Assembly (NCBI GenBank): GCA_965205675.1
Contig: OZ242186.1
Location: forward strand, 1,216,001 to 1,280,000
DNA: 64,000 bases
Direction: 5' to 3'
Source of the DNA: Nitrosopumilus sp.
Lineage (GTDB): Archaea > Thermoproteota > Nitrososphaeria > Nitrososphaerales > Nitrosopumilaceae
Part shown: piece by piece, positions 31,401 to 41,503 of the stretch
Numbering within the stretch: position 1 is the stretch's first letter
Layout: every line of letters begins with the position of its first letter
Position numbers and translations under genes: made by a program
Notes under the pieces: generated by a model
What the model was told of the DNA's origin: nothing
What the model saw: only the letters and a program-made list of their open reading frames with translations
The model's database searches: none

Positions 31401-31958
31401 ATGAAAACTAGATACAAATTATCACCATTACCTTTACTGGTAATTTTCTTTCAAATACTCATGGGATTATTTTCTTCAATGATGTTTTGGTTGGTCATAG
31501 GAACATATCACAAATACGGATTTCTATGGTTTCATTTTGGATTGGGAATGATTTGTGTTGTGGGCATTATTACATTATTCATATCTAAAAAAAATATTCG
31601 ATTGGTCATCATAATCATAATTGCAGTGATATGTACAGAAGTTGTTGCAATTATGGGGAGTACTTGGTATGTTGATATTTTAGGCTATGTTTACAATGAA
31701 GAATTTAAAAATTATCCTGAAGTTGTTGCATTTTATGACAGATATGATGATGTAGAAATTTACAGTCCAAACGATGAATACATACGATATGCACATATTT
31801 TTACAGATGGTAACGTGATTACATTAAACATTCGTCATGGTTTAGATTATTCTGAACCTGAAATGATGATTTATTGTGAGGTTGGAGATTATAATGTGAC
31901 TACAAACATCTTGACTTATTTAAAAAATTATGATTGTCTTGAGGATCAATATCCATGA
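31401..31958 (+). CDS. Membrane protein (3 TM plus soluble C-terminal domain)
   Basis: Hydrophobic N-terminal half. Confidence 0.7.
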   Translation: MKTRYKLSPLPLLVIFFQILMGLFSSMMFWLVIGTYHKYGFLWFHFGLGMICVVGIITLFISKKNIRLVIIIIIAVICTEVVAIMGSTWYVDILGYVYNEEFKNYPEVVAFYDRYDDVEIYSPNDEYIRYAHIFTDGNVITLNIRHGLDYSEPEMMIYCEVGDYNVTTNILTYLKNYDCLEDQYP

Positions 31959-32043
31959 AAATCACTTTATCACCAAAGAAGCAAAAGAGAGAAGAAGAGA
32001 ATATCGAGTCTTGAGAATCAATGTCCATGAAAATCACTTTATC
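31936..32043. repeat. 36-bp direct repeat pair with 36-bp spacer
   Basis: GTCTTGAG(G/A)ATCAAT(A/G)TCCATGAAAATCACTTTATC at 31936-31971 and 32008-32043, 34/36 identical. Confidence 0.85.
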
Positions 32044-32358
32044 CCTACATGTAAAGTGGAGGTCCCACTTTCCCAAGTACGGATTTTGGAACTAATCTGC
32101 GCAAGTATTACTCTTATTTCTAGAAATTATTCTGTAGAGATTGAAAAGACATTACTGATATCGTTGATTTTAACAAGATTTTTTTATATATCTCAACTAA
32201 TTGTTGCCTGAAAACATTTAGTTTAGAGACATTATTTTCTTTCAAATTCTTTGAGCTATTCAGACATCTCAAAAACATCATTTGCTGAATCTTTTCAAAT
32301 TCATGATTAATCGTTATTTTTCACCATATTTATTTAATAGAATAACATTTATGATTCA

Positions 32359-34032
32359 TTGGTAAATTTTAGATACAAAATCATAAAGACTGGTTCAGGC
32401 TATCCCAAAAGGTTCGCAGTTATAATTTCTGAGTTTGTCATCGGAGATACAATATCCTCCGATTCATTATTTCAAAGACATAAAGAGGAATTATTACAAA
32501 AACATTCTAAACCATCCAGTGTAAAGTCTGTAATTTCACAGGCAATGGTATGGTCCAAAAAGCAGGGCATCATTGAGAGATACGATGAACTGTCCGTCCC
32601 AAAATGGTTTGAGGAATTAAAAACTGTTCATTATTGGCAAGCACAACTTCGTGGCAGCAGATTCAAAAATCTAACTAGGAAAAATGCCAACAGCACAAAA
32701 ACACAGTATTTGTATCATTTATGGAACTTTAACAAATGGCTATCTGATAAGACCTTTGAGGTAAATATGCTTGTAAGTTCTGCAAACAATACCTTTGTTC
32801 AAAATACAGAAAAGAGGCAATTTGAAAACATTGAAGAATTGTTTTTGATACTAGAGCAACCGTTTGCAGAGAAGAAAAATGTGACTAGAATCGTAAAGCA
32901 GTATCTTTTAGATGATATACACAGAAACAAAAAGGCATCATACGTGATGATTATAAAAAACGCGATCAGGTCATATTTTGATAAAAACGAACAGCCCCTG
33001 CAAATCTCGTTTAACCCAAAAACACACTACAGCACTGAAACAGAATACGAGCAGAGCATGTCAGTTTCAGAACTGATGGAATTTCTCACAACTGGCAAGC
33101 CGTCAATACTTGAAAAAACCGTATTTTTGTGCAAGTTTCATAGGGGTCTTGATGTATCAACTTTGGTTGACAGATTCAATTATGAGGCATGGGAGCAGAT
33201 GGTACAATGGTTTGGCTCTGAGAATCACAACTCTTGGGACTTGGAGAAATGTCCAGTGCCAATATCATTGACTAGAATAAAAACAGATTACAAGCATGTG
33301 GGATTTTTGGAGCAGGATGCAGTAGAGCAATTGCAAAAATATCTTGATTTTAGAAAGGCAAAAACTGGAAACGGTATGGAGAACAATCAGCCGTTATTCT
33401 TAAACAAGTTTGGCAGACCGATAACTGTTGAATGGATATTGAGTAGATTCTCAAGTATTGCTAAACGTGCGGGAATCCAAAAGTCAGTAGAGACAAATGG
33501 CAGAAAGCAGTACAAGATGGACTCTCACGAGTTACGGGATTTGCTAAAATCCACACTGATAGATTCTGGGTGCAGAATTGATGTTGCAGACCACGTCATT
33601 GGTCACAAGCCAAAGGATTCCTATGAAAAACAGGCAAAATTGTACCCTGAGACTTTGCGAAAAGAGTATGCAAAGGCATCTAAACGTCTCAACATGTTTA
33701 CCAAATTTACCTCAGTGGTAAACGGCACCGATGATTCAGACGAATTGCGACTGGAACTCAAAGAAAATATGGCTCAGATGGAGAGTTTAAGAAATGATCT
33801 TATAATGGAGAAGGCAGTCAAAGACCGAGACAGGATGTTTGCAGACAGGCAGAGGGAGATAATGCGAGAAATGCAAAGGGAGATTGACGAGCTAAAGTCA
33901 GGTACAGACCACAGAACCCAGGAAAACACAGAGTTTTGCTGTGCCCAATGCAGTACAATTCACTCCAAAAAGTCTTGTCCTGCGTGCAATTCCAAGCTAA
34001 AGAGAATTTACGAGGATAAGGTACAAAATTAG
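32359..34032 (+). CDS. Tyrosine recombinase/integrase with C-terminal coiled coil and Zn ribbon
   Basis: HRG, RIKT, SHELR, IGH, SY catalytic spacing; CAQC...CPAC. Confidence 0.85.
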   Translation: MVNFRYKIIKTGSGYPKRFAVIISEFVIGDTISSDSLFQRHKEELLQKHSKPSSVKSVISQAMVWSKKQGIIERYDELSVPKWFEELKTVHYWQAQLRGSRFKNLTRKNANSTKTQYLYHLWNFNKWLSDKTFEVNMLVSSANNTFVQNTEKRQFENIEELFLILEQPFAEKKNVTRIVKQYLLDDIHRNKKASYVMIIKNAIRSYFDKNEQPLQISFNPKTHYSTETEYEQSMSVSELMEFLTTGKPSILEKTVFLCKFHRGLDVSTLVDRFNYEAWEQMVQWFGSENHNSWDLEKCPVPISLTRIKTDYKHVGFLEQDAVEQLQKYLDFRKAKTGNGMENNQPLFLNKFGRPITVEWILSRFSSIAKRAGIQKSVETNGRKQYKMDSHELRDLLKSTLIDSGCRIDVADHVIGHKPKDSYEKQAKLYPETLRKEYAKASKRLNMFTKFTSVVNGTDDSDELRLELKENMAQMESLRNDLIMEKAVKDRDRMFADRQREIMREMQREIDELKSGTDHRTQENTEFCCAQCSTIHSKKSCPACNSKLKRIYEDKVQN

Positions 34033-34302
34033 AATTTATTGTTTTTAATTGCTCGAGACAAGTCGCTTTTTCATGTTTCTTGCCAAGATTATCCAGGTAA
34101 TCTTTTTTGGTTCCGTGCAATCTTTGAGGGATAACTGAGATGAATATACTTGTAACCAATTTTCTAAAATTTAATCAGGTTCTGTAAAGTTGTCGCTACC
34201 CAAAGTGTGAATTTTCTCCAGATTGGATTTATGCCTAGAAATATTTTTTGACAATGTTTCATCCATAACAATTTTCCAATATTTCTTCTGTGTGTTCATT
34301 AT

Positions 34303-34509
34303 CTATCTGGTCATTTTTAATTCTGCTATTCTTTTGTTTATTCTTTTTTTCTGGGATTGCAGTTCATCTATCTCAGTCTTGCATGCTTTTGTTTTTGATT
34401 TGGGATCTGATGCGATTCCACAATAGATTTCCTTTCGGTCTTTGTCGTCATAATACACATAGTACAGATATTCTTTGTTGTGAACCTTGCGTATTACCTG
34501 TGATCCCAT
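34303..34509 (-). CDS. Small basic protein, possible excisionase-like DNA binder
   Basis: RKVHNKEYLYYVYYDDKDRKEIYCG beta-rich motif plus coiled coil; convergent with the integrase. Confidence 0.55.
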   Translation of the reverse strand: MGSQVIRKVHNKEYLYYVYYDDKDRKEIYCGIASDPKSKTKACKTEIDELQSQKKRINKRIAELKMTR

Positions 34510-34761
34510 ACCCTATCAATTTTTTATTGTCATTTAATAGTTTGGTATCAATATTTTATTGATAAAAGTTAATATTGTGGTGCCAACATATTGTTGATAC
34601 AAAGCAAGAAAAAATAATTGGCTATGATGACAAATGGTGGGGGATACACCAGAATCTTTAGCAATTCTGAATCAGAGTTGGTATGAAGACAACTGTGACA
34701 ATCTGAGCCAATCATTTTTTGATTCTCTTGCTTCTATTTATTTTTTCGAGGTGATCTCTTA

Positions 34762-35094
34762 ATGAACACACAAGAATTCGGAGAGTCAAACAAAGGATGA
34801 TGCAACCAGGCTGTGCAGTTTAGTTCAGAGAAGTTTCAGCGCAAGATCACAGAGTATACTTTAGTTCACTATATCGTGTCAAAGATGGACGGCATATTAA
34901 TCTGGGACTGCCCAGATCATATCAAAAGAAAGTATGACTGTAAGCACACCAAGTCGGTTTTGGAATTAATCAAAAAAATGGCAGGATTGACAAAAAGGCA
35001 CCTGCTGAGATGGCAGATGTTATGGCAGATGGTAAGAACAAGTGGAAAATCATTATCTAAAATGCCCGGTCTACACAAGGAAGATTCAATTTGA
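34762..35094 (+). pseudogene. SWIM zinc-finger gene relic
   Basis: WDCPDHIKRKYDCKH (first Cys lost); in-frame stop upstream of the ORF. Confidence 0.5.
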
Positions 35095-35351
35095 AGAAGA
35101 TGTACAGTTCATGCCATCCCTCAAAGATGGGATGTTATAACGATCAATATTTATCAAAGAATACCGTATATTACGGTACTGCGATTCTAATTTTTGGTTT
35201 TTCAAGCAAAAAGATCGCTGTAAATTAGAATAAGCGTCTGAGTGCCTCGAAAACAAATTGCGAGAAATGTATCGAAAAGAGGGAAGTCCCTCAAGACATC
35301 TCAGACAGTGTTATTCTCATTTAATCTCTATTAAAATGTGCCAATACCAAC

Positions 35352-35369
35352 GTATTGGTATACCAATAC
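35352..35369. promoter_or_regulatory. Perfect 18-bp palindrome, putative operator
   Basis: GTATTGGTATACCAATAC upstream of the long rightward gene run. Confidence 0.55.
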
Positions 35370-35447
35370 CGTTTTAGCTATTCTTTTATAGTATTTTTTC
35401 TCAACAAATGTTGCGAGAAATGTCATATGAAAAGTGGGGTGTAACGC

Positions 35448-36053
35448 CTGTCAAATAGTGGTGATACTGGAATCTCAGGGAAGATCAATCACAATTCTGG
35501 TCTGATATTAGATACGATAATCTCAGAATACAAATTATTTTGTGATTTTGAAGATTCAGGATTACCAGTAACAAAGGGTGCATTGATACGCTGTGCAGTG
35601 ATTCTCTTCTTTGAGGACATTTCAAGATTTAAACAAAACCCAAAAATCCTACAGAGATGCGTCAATCGCGTATCAACTGACAAATTATTGGCAGAGATTT
35701 GCAGGAACATTCTACCAAACACAAAACTCGTGCTAAAAGACAAAAAAGATAACAACGAAACAACAATATCCACACAGGTTACGGCAGAGTCCCTCAAAAT
35801 AATTGATAAAATAATTAATTCCTCAGAGATTGCATCCATATTTGAAGAGCTCGAAGAGAACGGGTTAATCGCAAACAGGGCAGGCGGCAATGTAAAATCA
35901 ATTATTATTCGTGCATCGATATGCTATCTTTTGCGCAGATTAAATGATTTGAAGAAAAACCAGACGCTATATCAAATCGCAGTAACATTGCAATCTTCAG
36001 AAAAAACACTTGCAAAAATCTATGACGAAAAATACAAGGGGACAAAGAATTGA
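35448..36053 (+). CDS. Putative tandem ribbon-helix-helix regulator (frame open back to CTG 35448)
   Basis: Two internal units: TGISGKI..LILDTII..KGALIRCAV and TTISTQV..KIIDKII..KSIIIRASI. Confidence 0.55.
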   Translation: MSNSGDTGISGKINHNSGLILDTIISEYKLFCDFEDSGLPVTKGALIRCAVILFFEDISRFKQNPKILQRCVNRVSTDKLLAEICRNILPNTKLVLKDKKDNNETTISTQVTAESLKIIDKIINSSEIASIFEELEENGLIANRAGGNVKSIIIRASICYLLRRLNDLKKNQTLYQIAVTLQSSEKTLAKIYDEKYKGTKN

Positions 36054-36316
36054 CATTCACATCACAGATCAAAACATGTTGCAACGCAAAAGATTTTGCA
36101 TATTCTATAGCATACAAAAACCGTCCAGAAACATATGAAATATGTAATTCTTGCTGGAACAAAGAGGTCCAATATAAGAAAGATGATTCTACAATAAAGA
36201 ACGTCAAGATATTACAAGTGCAAGTATCAAAGATGGTCTGCAAGTCATGTAGTACTGTCGTAATTGATTCCATGGGATGTGAATCATGCCATCCCAAAGA
36301 AGAGGAGGAATCATGA
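36050..36316 (+). CDS. Cys-rich zinc-finger protein
   Basis: CC, CNSC, CKSC, CESC. Confidence 0.65.
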   Translation: MTFTSQIKTCCNAKDFAYSIAYKNRPETYEICNSCWNKEVQYKKDDSTIKNVKILQVQVSKMVCKSCSTVVIDSMGCESCHPKEEEES

Positions 36317-36598
36317 TTTATTCAAACATTACAATTAACCAGATTGACAAATATCCTATCGCTCGACAAAGCTATACACTGTCAGTATGGTTAATGCCAC
36401 GTAGTGCATCCCATTACGTGGTACATAGTTGCAATGACCGCAGATTCGCAGGGGTTAATACATAATGGAAAAAATACTAGGGTTTCACGAACTTGACTGG
36501 ATTTATGCACTAGTTGTAATCGCTGCAAGAAAAAACAACATTACTGTTCCAAAATTAAAATCATTATTCTTAGAGATGCAAAAACTCGACAAACCGGT

Positions 36599-37357
36599 AT
36601 GCAAGATTATTGTGGAGGAAAAAAATTGAGCAATGAGACTGGTGTAATTTCGTCTGAATTTCAAATTATGGATGAGGCAGACAACCAGCAAATCCTAAAG
36701 GCAGAATCAGCAATAAAACAAGCTCTTGCATATAATCTCAGAGGAAAGAAGCAGCTCTCATACATGGGAATAAAATGGCTGGTCCTCAAAATGTCACAAA
36801 AAGAACAGCCATTAGAAATTGTGGATATGCCGATAGTGGAATTATCCAAAACTGATCCAGAAGACGAATCCACATGGACATGGTACAGCACCATCAAAGC
36901 AAGAAATCTCAAAACCGGTCTTGTTACAATTGGAGCATCAGAATCTACGTGGCTAATAAAAAACAAGGACGGTTCATTTGGAGAATACGACAACTTTGGA
37001 AGAACAAAGGCAATCAGCAAAGCAGAGCGAAACGCATACAGAAAACAGATCCCAGAAATCGAAATAAACGCAATGTTGGAAACAATATCCCCTGACGATA
37101 TAGAACATTTAAAATCAACTGACAGTGCTCTGCACAACCCTCCAAGCCAGAAACAGTTGGATTATCTCAAAAACCTGGGCTATACGGGAATCACACCAAA
37201 AAGCAAAGAAGCGGCATCAGAAATAATTGAGAGTATCAAAAACAACTCAAAGGAATCATACTCAAAGTATTGCAGATGCGCATCACCGATTCCAAGCGGC
37301 GTAACTAATGGCAAGACATGCCAGACATGCCTCAAACCACTGGGGGTCACGGCATGA
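36599..37357 (+). CDS. Putative ssDNA-annealing protein (Rad52/Red-beta-like) with C-terminal helical and Zn modules
   Basis: LSYMGIK, GASE, TKAISKAERNA; PSQKQLDYLK..KEAASEII; CRC..CQTC. Confidence 0.6.
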   Translation: MQDYCGGKKLSNETGVISSEFQIMDEADNQQILKAESAIKQALAYNLRGKKQLSYMGIKWLVLKMSQKEQPLEIVDMPIVELSKTDPEDESTWTWYSTIKARNLKTGLVTIGASESTWLIKNKDGSFGEYDNFGRTKAISKAERNAYRKQIPEIEINAMLETISPDDIEHLKSTDSALHNPPSQKQLDYLKNLGYTGITPKSKEAASEIIESIKNNSKESYSKYCRCASPIPSGVTNGKTCQTCLKPLGVTA

Positions 37358-37650
37358 TACCTCTCAGAATTACTCACAAACTGTTACAGTCAGTTCTAGT
37401 GTCAGACGTGTTTGATAGAGAGTTTAAAGAGAAATGCAAAGAATTTTTTTACAGTCCAAAGACTCACTATTACTGCTACGGTTACAAGCCAGACCATACA
37501 TCATACTTGGAAATTACAACTTCAGAGATAGAAGAGATTCACCTAAAAACTGATACATCAGCATTGTGGGATATATTATATTTTATACATCAGGTATGCA
37601 AAGTGACAGGACAGAGTTCTGTGTATCTCTACGGGAGTAACGGGAAATGA
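37318..37650 (+). CDS. Hypothetical protein
   Basis: Overlaps neighbours (ATGA coupling). Confidence 0.55.
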   Translation: MPDMPQTTGGHGMIPLRITHKLLQSVLVSDVFDREFKEKCKEFFYSPKTHYYCYGYKPDHTSYLEITTSEIEEIHLKTDTSALWDILYFIHQVCKVTGQSSVYLYGSNGK

Positions 37651-38090
37651 ACACCTGGGTGTCAAAAGATGATGCAGAGCATCACTATCATACAGGTCAC
37701 CGTTCCATATGCGGCATCTCAGATATCCTGCAGGATATGGCAACGACTCATCACACCGCAGAGAATCCAAAAACAAAATGCAAGACATGCATGGGAATTC
37801 TGACATCAAAGGGATTTTTCAAAATAAACTTGGATAAAAACAGAAACAATGTGCACGAGGCAAAGTTTCTGCAAAAGTACAGGGAATCCACTGTCGGTAT
37901 GCTTACGCGATACCTTGCAGCGCCTGAGAACCACAAAATAATGACCATGCAAAAAATACGCCAGGAATTGGAAGGGACATTTGATGGAATTAATGTACTT
38001 GATGTGTTATCTATGGCAATAGTTTCCGGCGACGTAAAAGAGAAAAACGGGAATTTTTATCCAAAATGTAGAGAGGAGATAGTCTTATGA
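37647..38090 (+). CDS. Hypothetical Zn-binding protein, possible C-terminal wHTH
   Basis: HHYH..SICG..CKTC; ATGA-coupled. Confidence 0.6.
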   Translation: MNTWVSKDDAEHHYHTGHRSICGISDILQDMATTHHTAENPKTKCKTCMGILTSKGFFKINLDKNRNNVHEAKFLQKYRESTVGMLTRYLAAPENHKIMTMQKIRQELEGTFDGINVLDVLSMAIVSGDVKEKNGNFYPKCREEIVL

Positions 38091-38686
38091 TCAACTGTGT
38101 ATCTGATATGGTGCCTCCTGCAAGAAGCAACCGCACAGGTACACAGTTGGTGCATGTAATGAGGAGAAAACATCGCATCCTCTCCAAGCCGATTCCAATT
38201 TTTACAACTATATCTGCAGTTGTATTTGCAGAGATTACACATTTCACTAATCGTTCCATGCAGCGCCGTCAAAGTACTGTTGTATCCCTGATGGGGAGCA
38301 TCCAGCGTTGCATCCTTGGTACCACTGGCAGGATTTTTCATACACCTGCGGGCGAGAATACATGCAGTGACAGAATCACACATATCCAAAAGAATGAGAG
38401 GTGCAATATACATGACAATCTGGCCCAGGTCAGAAAAAGTGAAAAAAGCCTCCAATATTCTGATGGATATGCTGTGATAGAAGCTAGCATGTGCGAGAAT
38501 TGCGATGACTACAATTACAACTTTTACCAAACGTTTGGTAAAAGTGATCATACTACATCAACGCATATGACGTATGGGAGAGATTACTATTCAAGTATGA
38601 CATCCGGAATTATAGCACAGATGGATTTTAATTCTCTGTGCGCCCATTTCTCTTTCATTCATGCCGAAGAATTTTTCATAAATTAA
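38087..38686 (+). CDS. Hypothetical protein
   Basis: ATGA-coupled 199-aa ORF; start uncertain. Confidence 0.4.
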   Translation: MINCVSDMVPPARSNRTGTQLVHVMRRKHRILSKPIPIFTTISAVVFAEITHFTNRSMQRRQSTVVSLMGSIQRCILGTTGRIFHTPAGENTCSDRITHIQKNERCNIHDNLAQVRKSEKSLQYSDGYAVIEASMCENCDDYNYNFYQTFGKSDHTTSTHMTYGRDYYSSMTSGIIAQMDFNSLCAHFSFIHAEEFFIN

Positions 38687-38981
38687 AAGATGGATAAAAA
38701 TACAATCATGATTCAAGATAATAGGAATATGCAACTAAGAAAACTAGAAAAATTATTAGAACAGTTCAAAAATAAAATATCCGTTATAATCCAAGACCTT
38801 GATGCGGGAATGCCAGTCTACGGAACATGCAGATTGGGATTTTAGTTATTTTTCGAGATCTATAATTAAAAAATAAATTTGGACCAGTCACCAACACCCC
38901 AAACTAGAGATAACGACTCTAGTCATACATCAAAAATCAAAACATGTTGCAAGACAGATAAAGAATTATTCTCAAAATAAA

Positions 38982-39146
38982 ATGAAAATCAAAAACAAGA
39001 TCACCAGAAATGAACAAATCGCAGGACAGATATGCTCTGCATGTTTTCATGCGATTTCAAATCATACCCTAACTATAGATACTCTTGATAAAAAATATCA
39101 AAAATTAAACTGTAATAAATGCAAATGCAGAAAATGTGCATGGTAA
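38982..39146 (+). CDS. 54-aa Cys/His microprotein
   Basis: MKIKNK..CSACFHAISNH..CNKCKCRKCAW*. Confidence 0.5.
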   Translation: MKIKNKITRNEQIAGQICSACFHAISNHTLTIDTLDKKYQKLNCNKCKCRKCAW

Positions 39147-39286
39147 ATGACTGGATGGTTTTCATCAAAAGCGAAAAAAGTAAAATGGGATTTCCCATAG
39201 AGCGACTGCAGGTTTTGGACATGTCAGCGTATGGTGGCAAAAAGATAAACGGAATTATAGAATTTGTCAATTGGAGATTTTCTTAG

Positions 39287-39574
39287 ATGAGTGAAAGAAT
39301 CACAATAAACCGAGACATGGTTGATAACATACACTTTCAAAAAGACTCTGCAGGACCAGAAAGATTTGTAGTTACAATTGATGTAGATTCAATGGACAAA
39401 GCCAAAGAACTGCAATCACAATTATGCAAAGAAAGCAAGGAATACCCCAAATTATCCTCCATCAAATCAAGACTGGAGCACGCCATCAAGAAGAATCAGG
39501 TGCATGACGGTCTTGAGAATAACCTTGATAAATTGGCAGCAGGTGAGGTAATATTTACTATCAATGTTAAATGA
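39287..39574 (+). CDS. Hypothetical protein
   Basis: 95-aa ORF in the co-oriented run. Confidence 0.55.
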   Translation: MSERITINRDMVDNIHFQKDSAGPERFVVTIDVDSMDKAKELQSQLCKESKEYPKLSSIKSRLEHAIKKNQVHDGLENNLDKLAAGEVIFTINVK

Positions 39575-39879
39575 CTGCCAAAGATACAAAAATCATAAAC
39601 CCGTCTCTGAAATCCTTGTTTGCAGGCAGATATGGAAATAATTTATTTGTCAACTAACGACTCTGTCTGTATTTTTTAAATCTCACTGCGATTAACACAA
39701 GACTATTCTCACAAAAAGACCATTGTCCCCCAAAACTAAAAAGAAACTGGCTTTACAAATCAGGCAAACAGCAAGGCGATACATCGTACTTGCAGCTCCT
39801 GATAAAAAAACAGCAGAAGAATTGCTAGAGTGGTATGACAGTTAATTGACAGTTTCTGATAATTACTTGGGAATTTTAA

Positions 39880-40089
39880 ATGCAAATTACCCGGCAGAGA
39901 CCACCAAGTTTATACAAAATCCCTAAAATGATAAGCGATTCCAAACCAGAATTATTCTCACAGAAGAGGCACGGGCTAATCCTTGCAACATGTTACAAAT
40001 GCGGCAAATATCAGGGATGCTACTCAAAAAATGGTTTGCCCCAAGTCCGAGAATGCCTCAAATGCAGTATAGAAATAGAGTTGAAATAA
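39880..40089 (+). CDS. Zn-ribbon microprotein
   Basis: CYKC...CLKC. Confidence 0.55.
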   Translation: MQITRQRPPSLYKIPKMISDSKPELFSQKRHGLILATCYKCGKYQGCYSKNGLPQVRECLKCSIEIELK

Positions 40090-40101
40090 GATTCTAAAAA
40101 A

Positions 40102-40590
40102 ATGAACAGCTGTATTATGGTTAATCCCAAGCAGTTATTAGAGCATCTCAAAGCCATCAAGTCAATTATGAGTTCATCTGGAAATTCATTCTCAGCGCAA
40201 GAACTGACGGATTCACTTGAAATGATGGATATACTAAGTGACGGGGAATTACTGTATAATCTGGTACAAAGCAAAAAAGATGCTGAAAATAACAAAATAA
40301 TACCATTTCAGAAAATGCAAAAAGAGGCATACTGTAATGATGGAATAATGCCAATGTTTGCAGATCTGACTGATTCACAAAAGATCAAGGTTACAGCAGA
40401 TGCTGCAAAGTATCTGTATGCTAAAAAAGATCTAAAAAAGACTTTTGAGATAATGGACATAGTATTGGATGAGAAATACATAAAATCAATATCTAAAGAC
40501 AAAAATCAAAGCAAATGCGATCGTATCTCGTGGAGTACAATCAAAGAAGAGATGAAAAATATATCATCACACATACAGCAAGATCTCTGA
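40102..40590 (+). CDS. Putative antitoxin with duplicated toxin-binding module
   Basis: Two E.MDI..D....S motifs; overlaps the RelE gene. Confidence 0.6.
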   Translation: MNSCIMVNPKQLLEHLKAIKSIMSSSGNSFSAQELTDSLEMMDILSDGELLYNLVQSKKDAENNKIIPFQKMQKEAYCNDGIMPMFADLTDSQKIKVTADAAKYLYAKKDLKKTFEIMDIVLDEKYIKSISKDKNQSKCDRISWSTIKEEMKNISSHIQQDL

Positions 40591-40853
40591 GAACATACAA
40601 CAAACTAGTAAAAAAAGACCGTACACTACGCAATAAAATTGAGAAAATATTTGAATATCTGCAAGAGAACCCGAAACTGGGAGAAAAACTTGCCGCCAAT
40701 CTTGTCGGATTCAGAGTATACCACTTTAATTCAAACAAGTACAGAATAGTTTACAAGATAATTGACGGTTCCAATACAGTCGAGGTCCATGAAATATCGC
40801 ACAGAAAAAGATCATACTCTGATCTTGCTAAATATATTAAAAAAGGAAAATGA
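40515..40853 (+). CDS. RelE/ParE-family toxin
   Basis: L.ENP..GEKL...L.G.R, YRIVY.I, HRK..Y. Confidence 0.85.
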   Translation: MRSYLVEYNQRRDEKYIITHTARSLRTYNKLVKKDRTLRNKIEKIFEYLQENPKLGEKLAANLVGFRVYHFNSNKYRIVYKIIDGSNTVEVHEISHRKRSYSDLAKYIKKGK

Positions 40854-40981
40854 TTCTAAACGACACATGATAAATACATGCAGAATATAATACCATCCAA
40901 AGAAGACTCAAATAATGTTGTCGGCATCCTAAAAAAATAATAGTAGAATCAATAGAGAAACGAAAAAGAGCCTATACAAAC

Positions 40982-41209
40982 ATGGAACGAAATATCAAGA
41001 GGAATTCAGAGTTGCAAAAAGCACATGACGAGGACTCTGACACATCTGAGATTTTGCAGACTGGCAAAACAAAGACCTGTAGTTTGTGCAGACAGTCATT
41101 TGACTCATCAGATGTATTGTGGCTCACTCAAAAGAAAAGGCATGAGGAGCATCATGCCAGAAAGACACTATCAGATAATCAGATTATCGGTACTGTACAT
41201 TGGGAATAA
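40982..41209 (+). CDS. C2H2-like zinc-finger microprotein
   Basis: CSLC..F...HEEHH. Confidence 0.55.
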   Translation: MERNIKRNSELQKAHDEDSDTSEILQTGKTKTCSLCRQSFDSSDVLWLTQKKRHEEHHARKTLSDNQIIGTVHWE

Positions 41210-41503
41210 AATAGGCATTGCAGATAGACATACCGGTTCCATGTCCCAAATGCGGAGGAAAGATGTACTCTGTTAGATATTGCGCAATAATTGACATACT
41301 GAAAAGAAGGGTGTGGCATGTCTGCAAGGAATGCTCATACCAGCAGGATGTAGAAAAATTCAAGGATTCAATCTGCAGGACATGATCCCAAAAGAACGTT
41401 TTACCGATAAAAAAGAGAAATGCTCATCTAATTGCTGGTGCAAGAGAAAATCTAAAAATGAAAATCACACTAATGAACAAATCACAAACAAGCGTCATAT
41501 AAA

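Noticed and set aside
31936-32043. Mini-CRISPR array
   Set aside because: Only two imperfect repeats, one overlapping a coding 3' end; no leader or cas genes; kept only as a repeat
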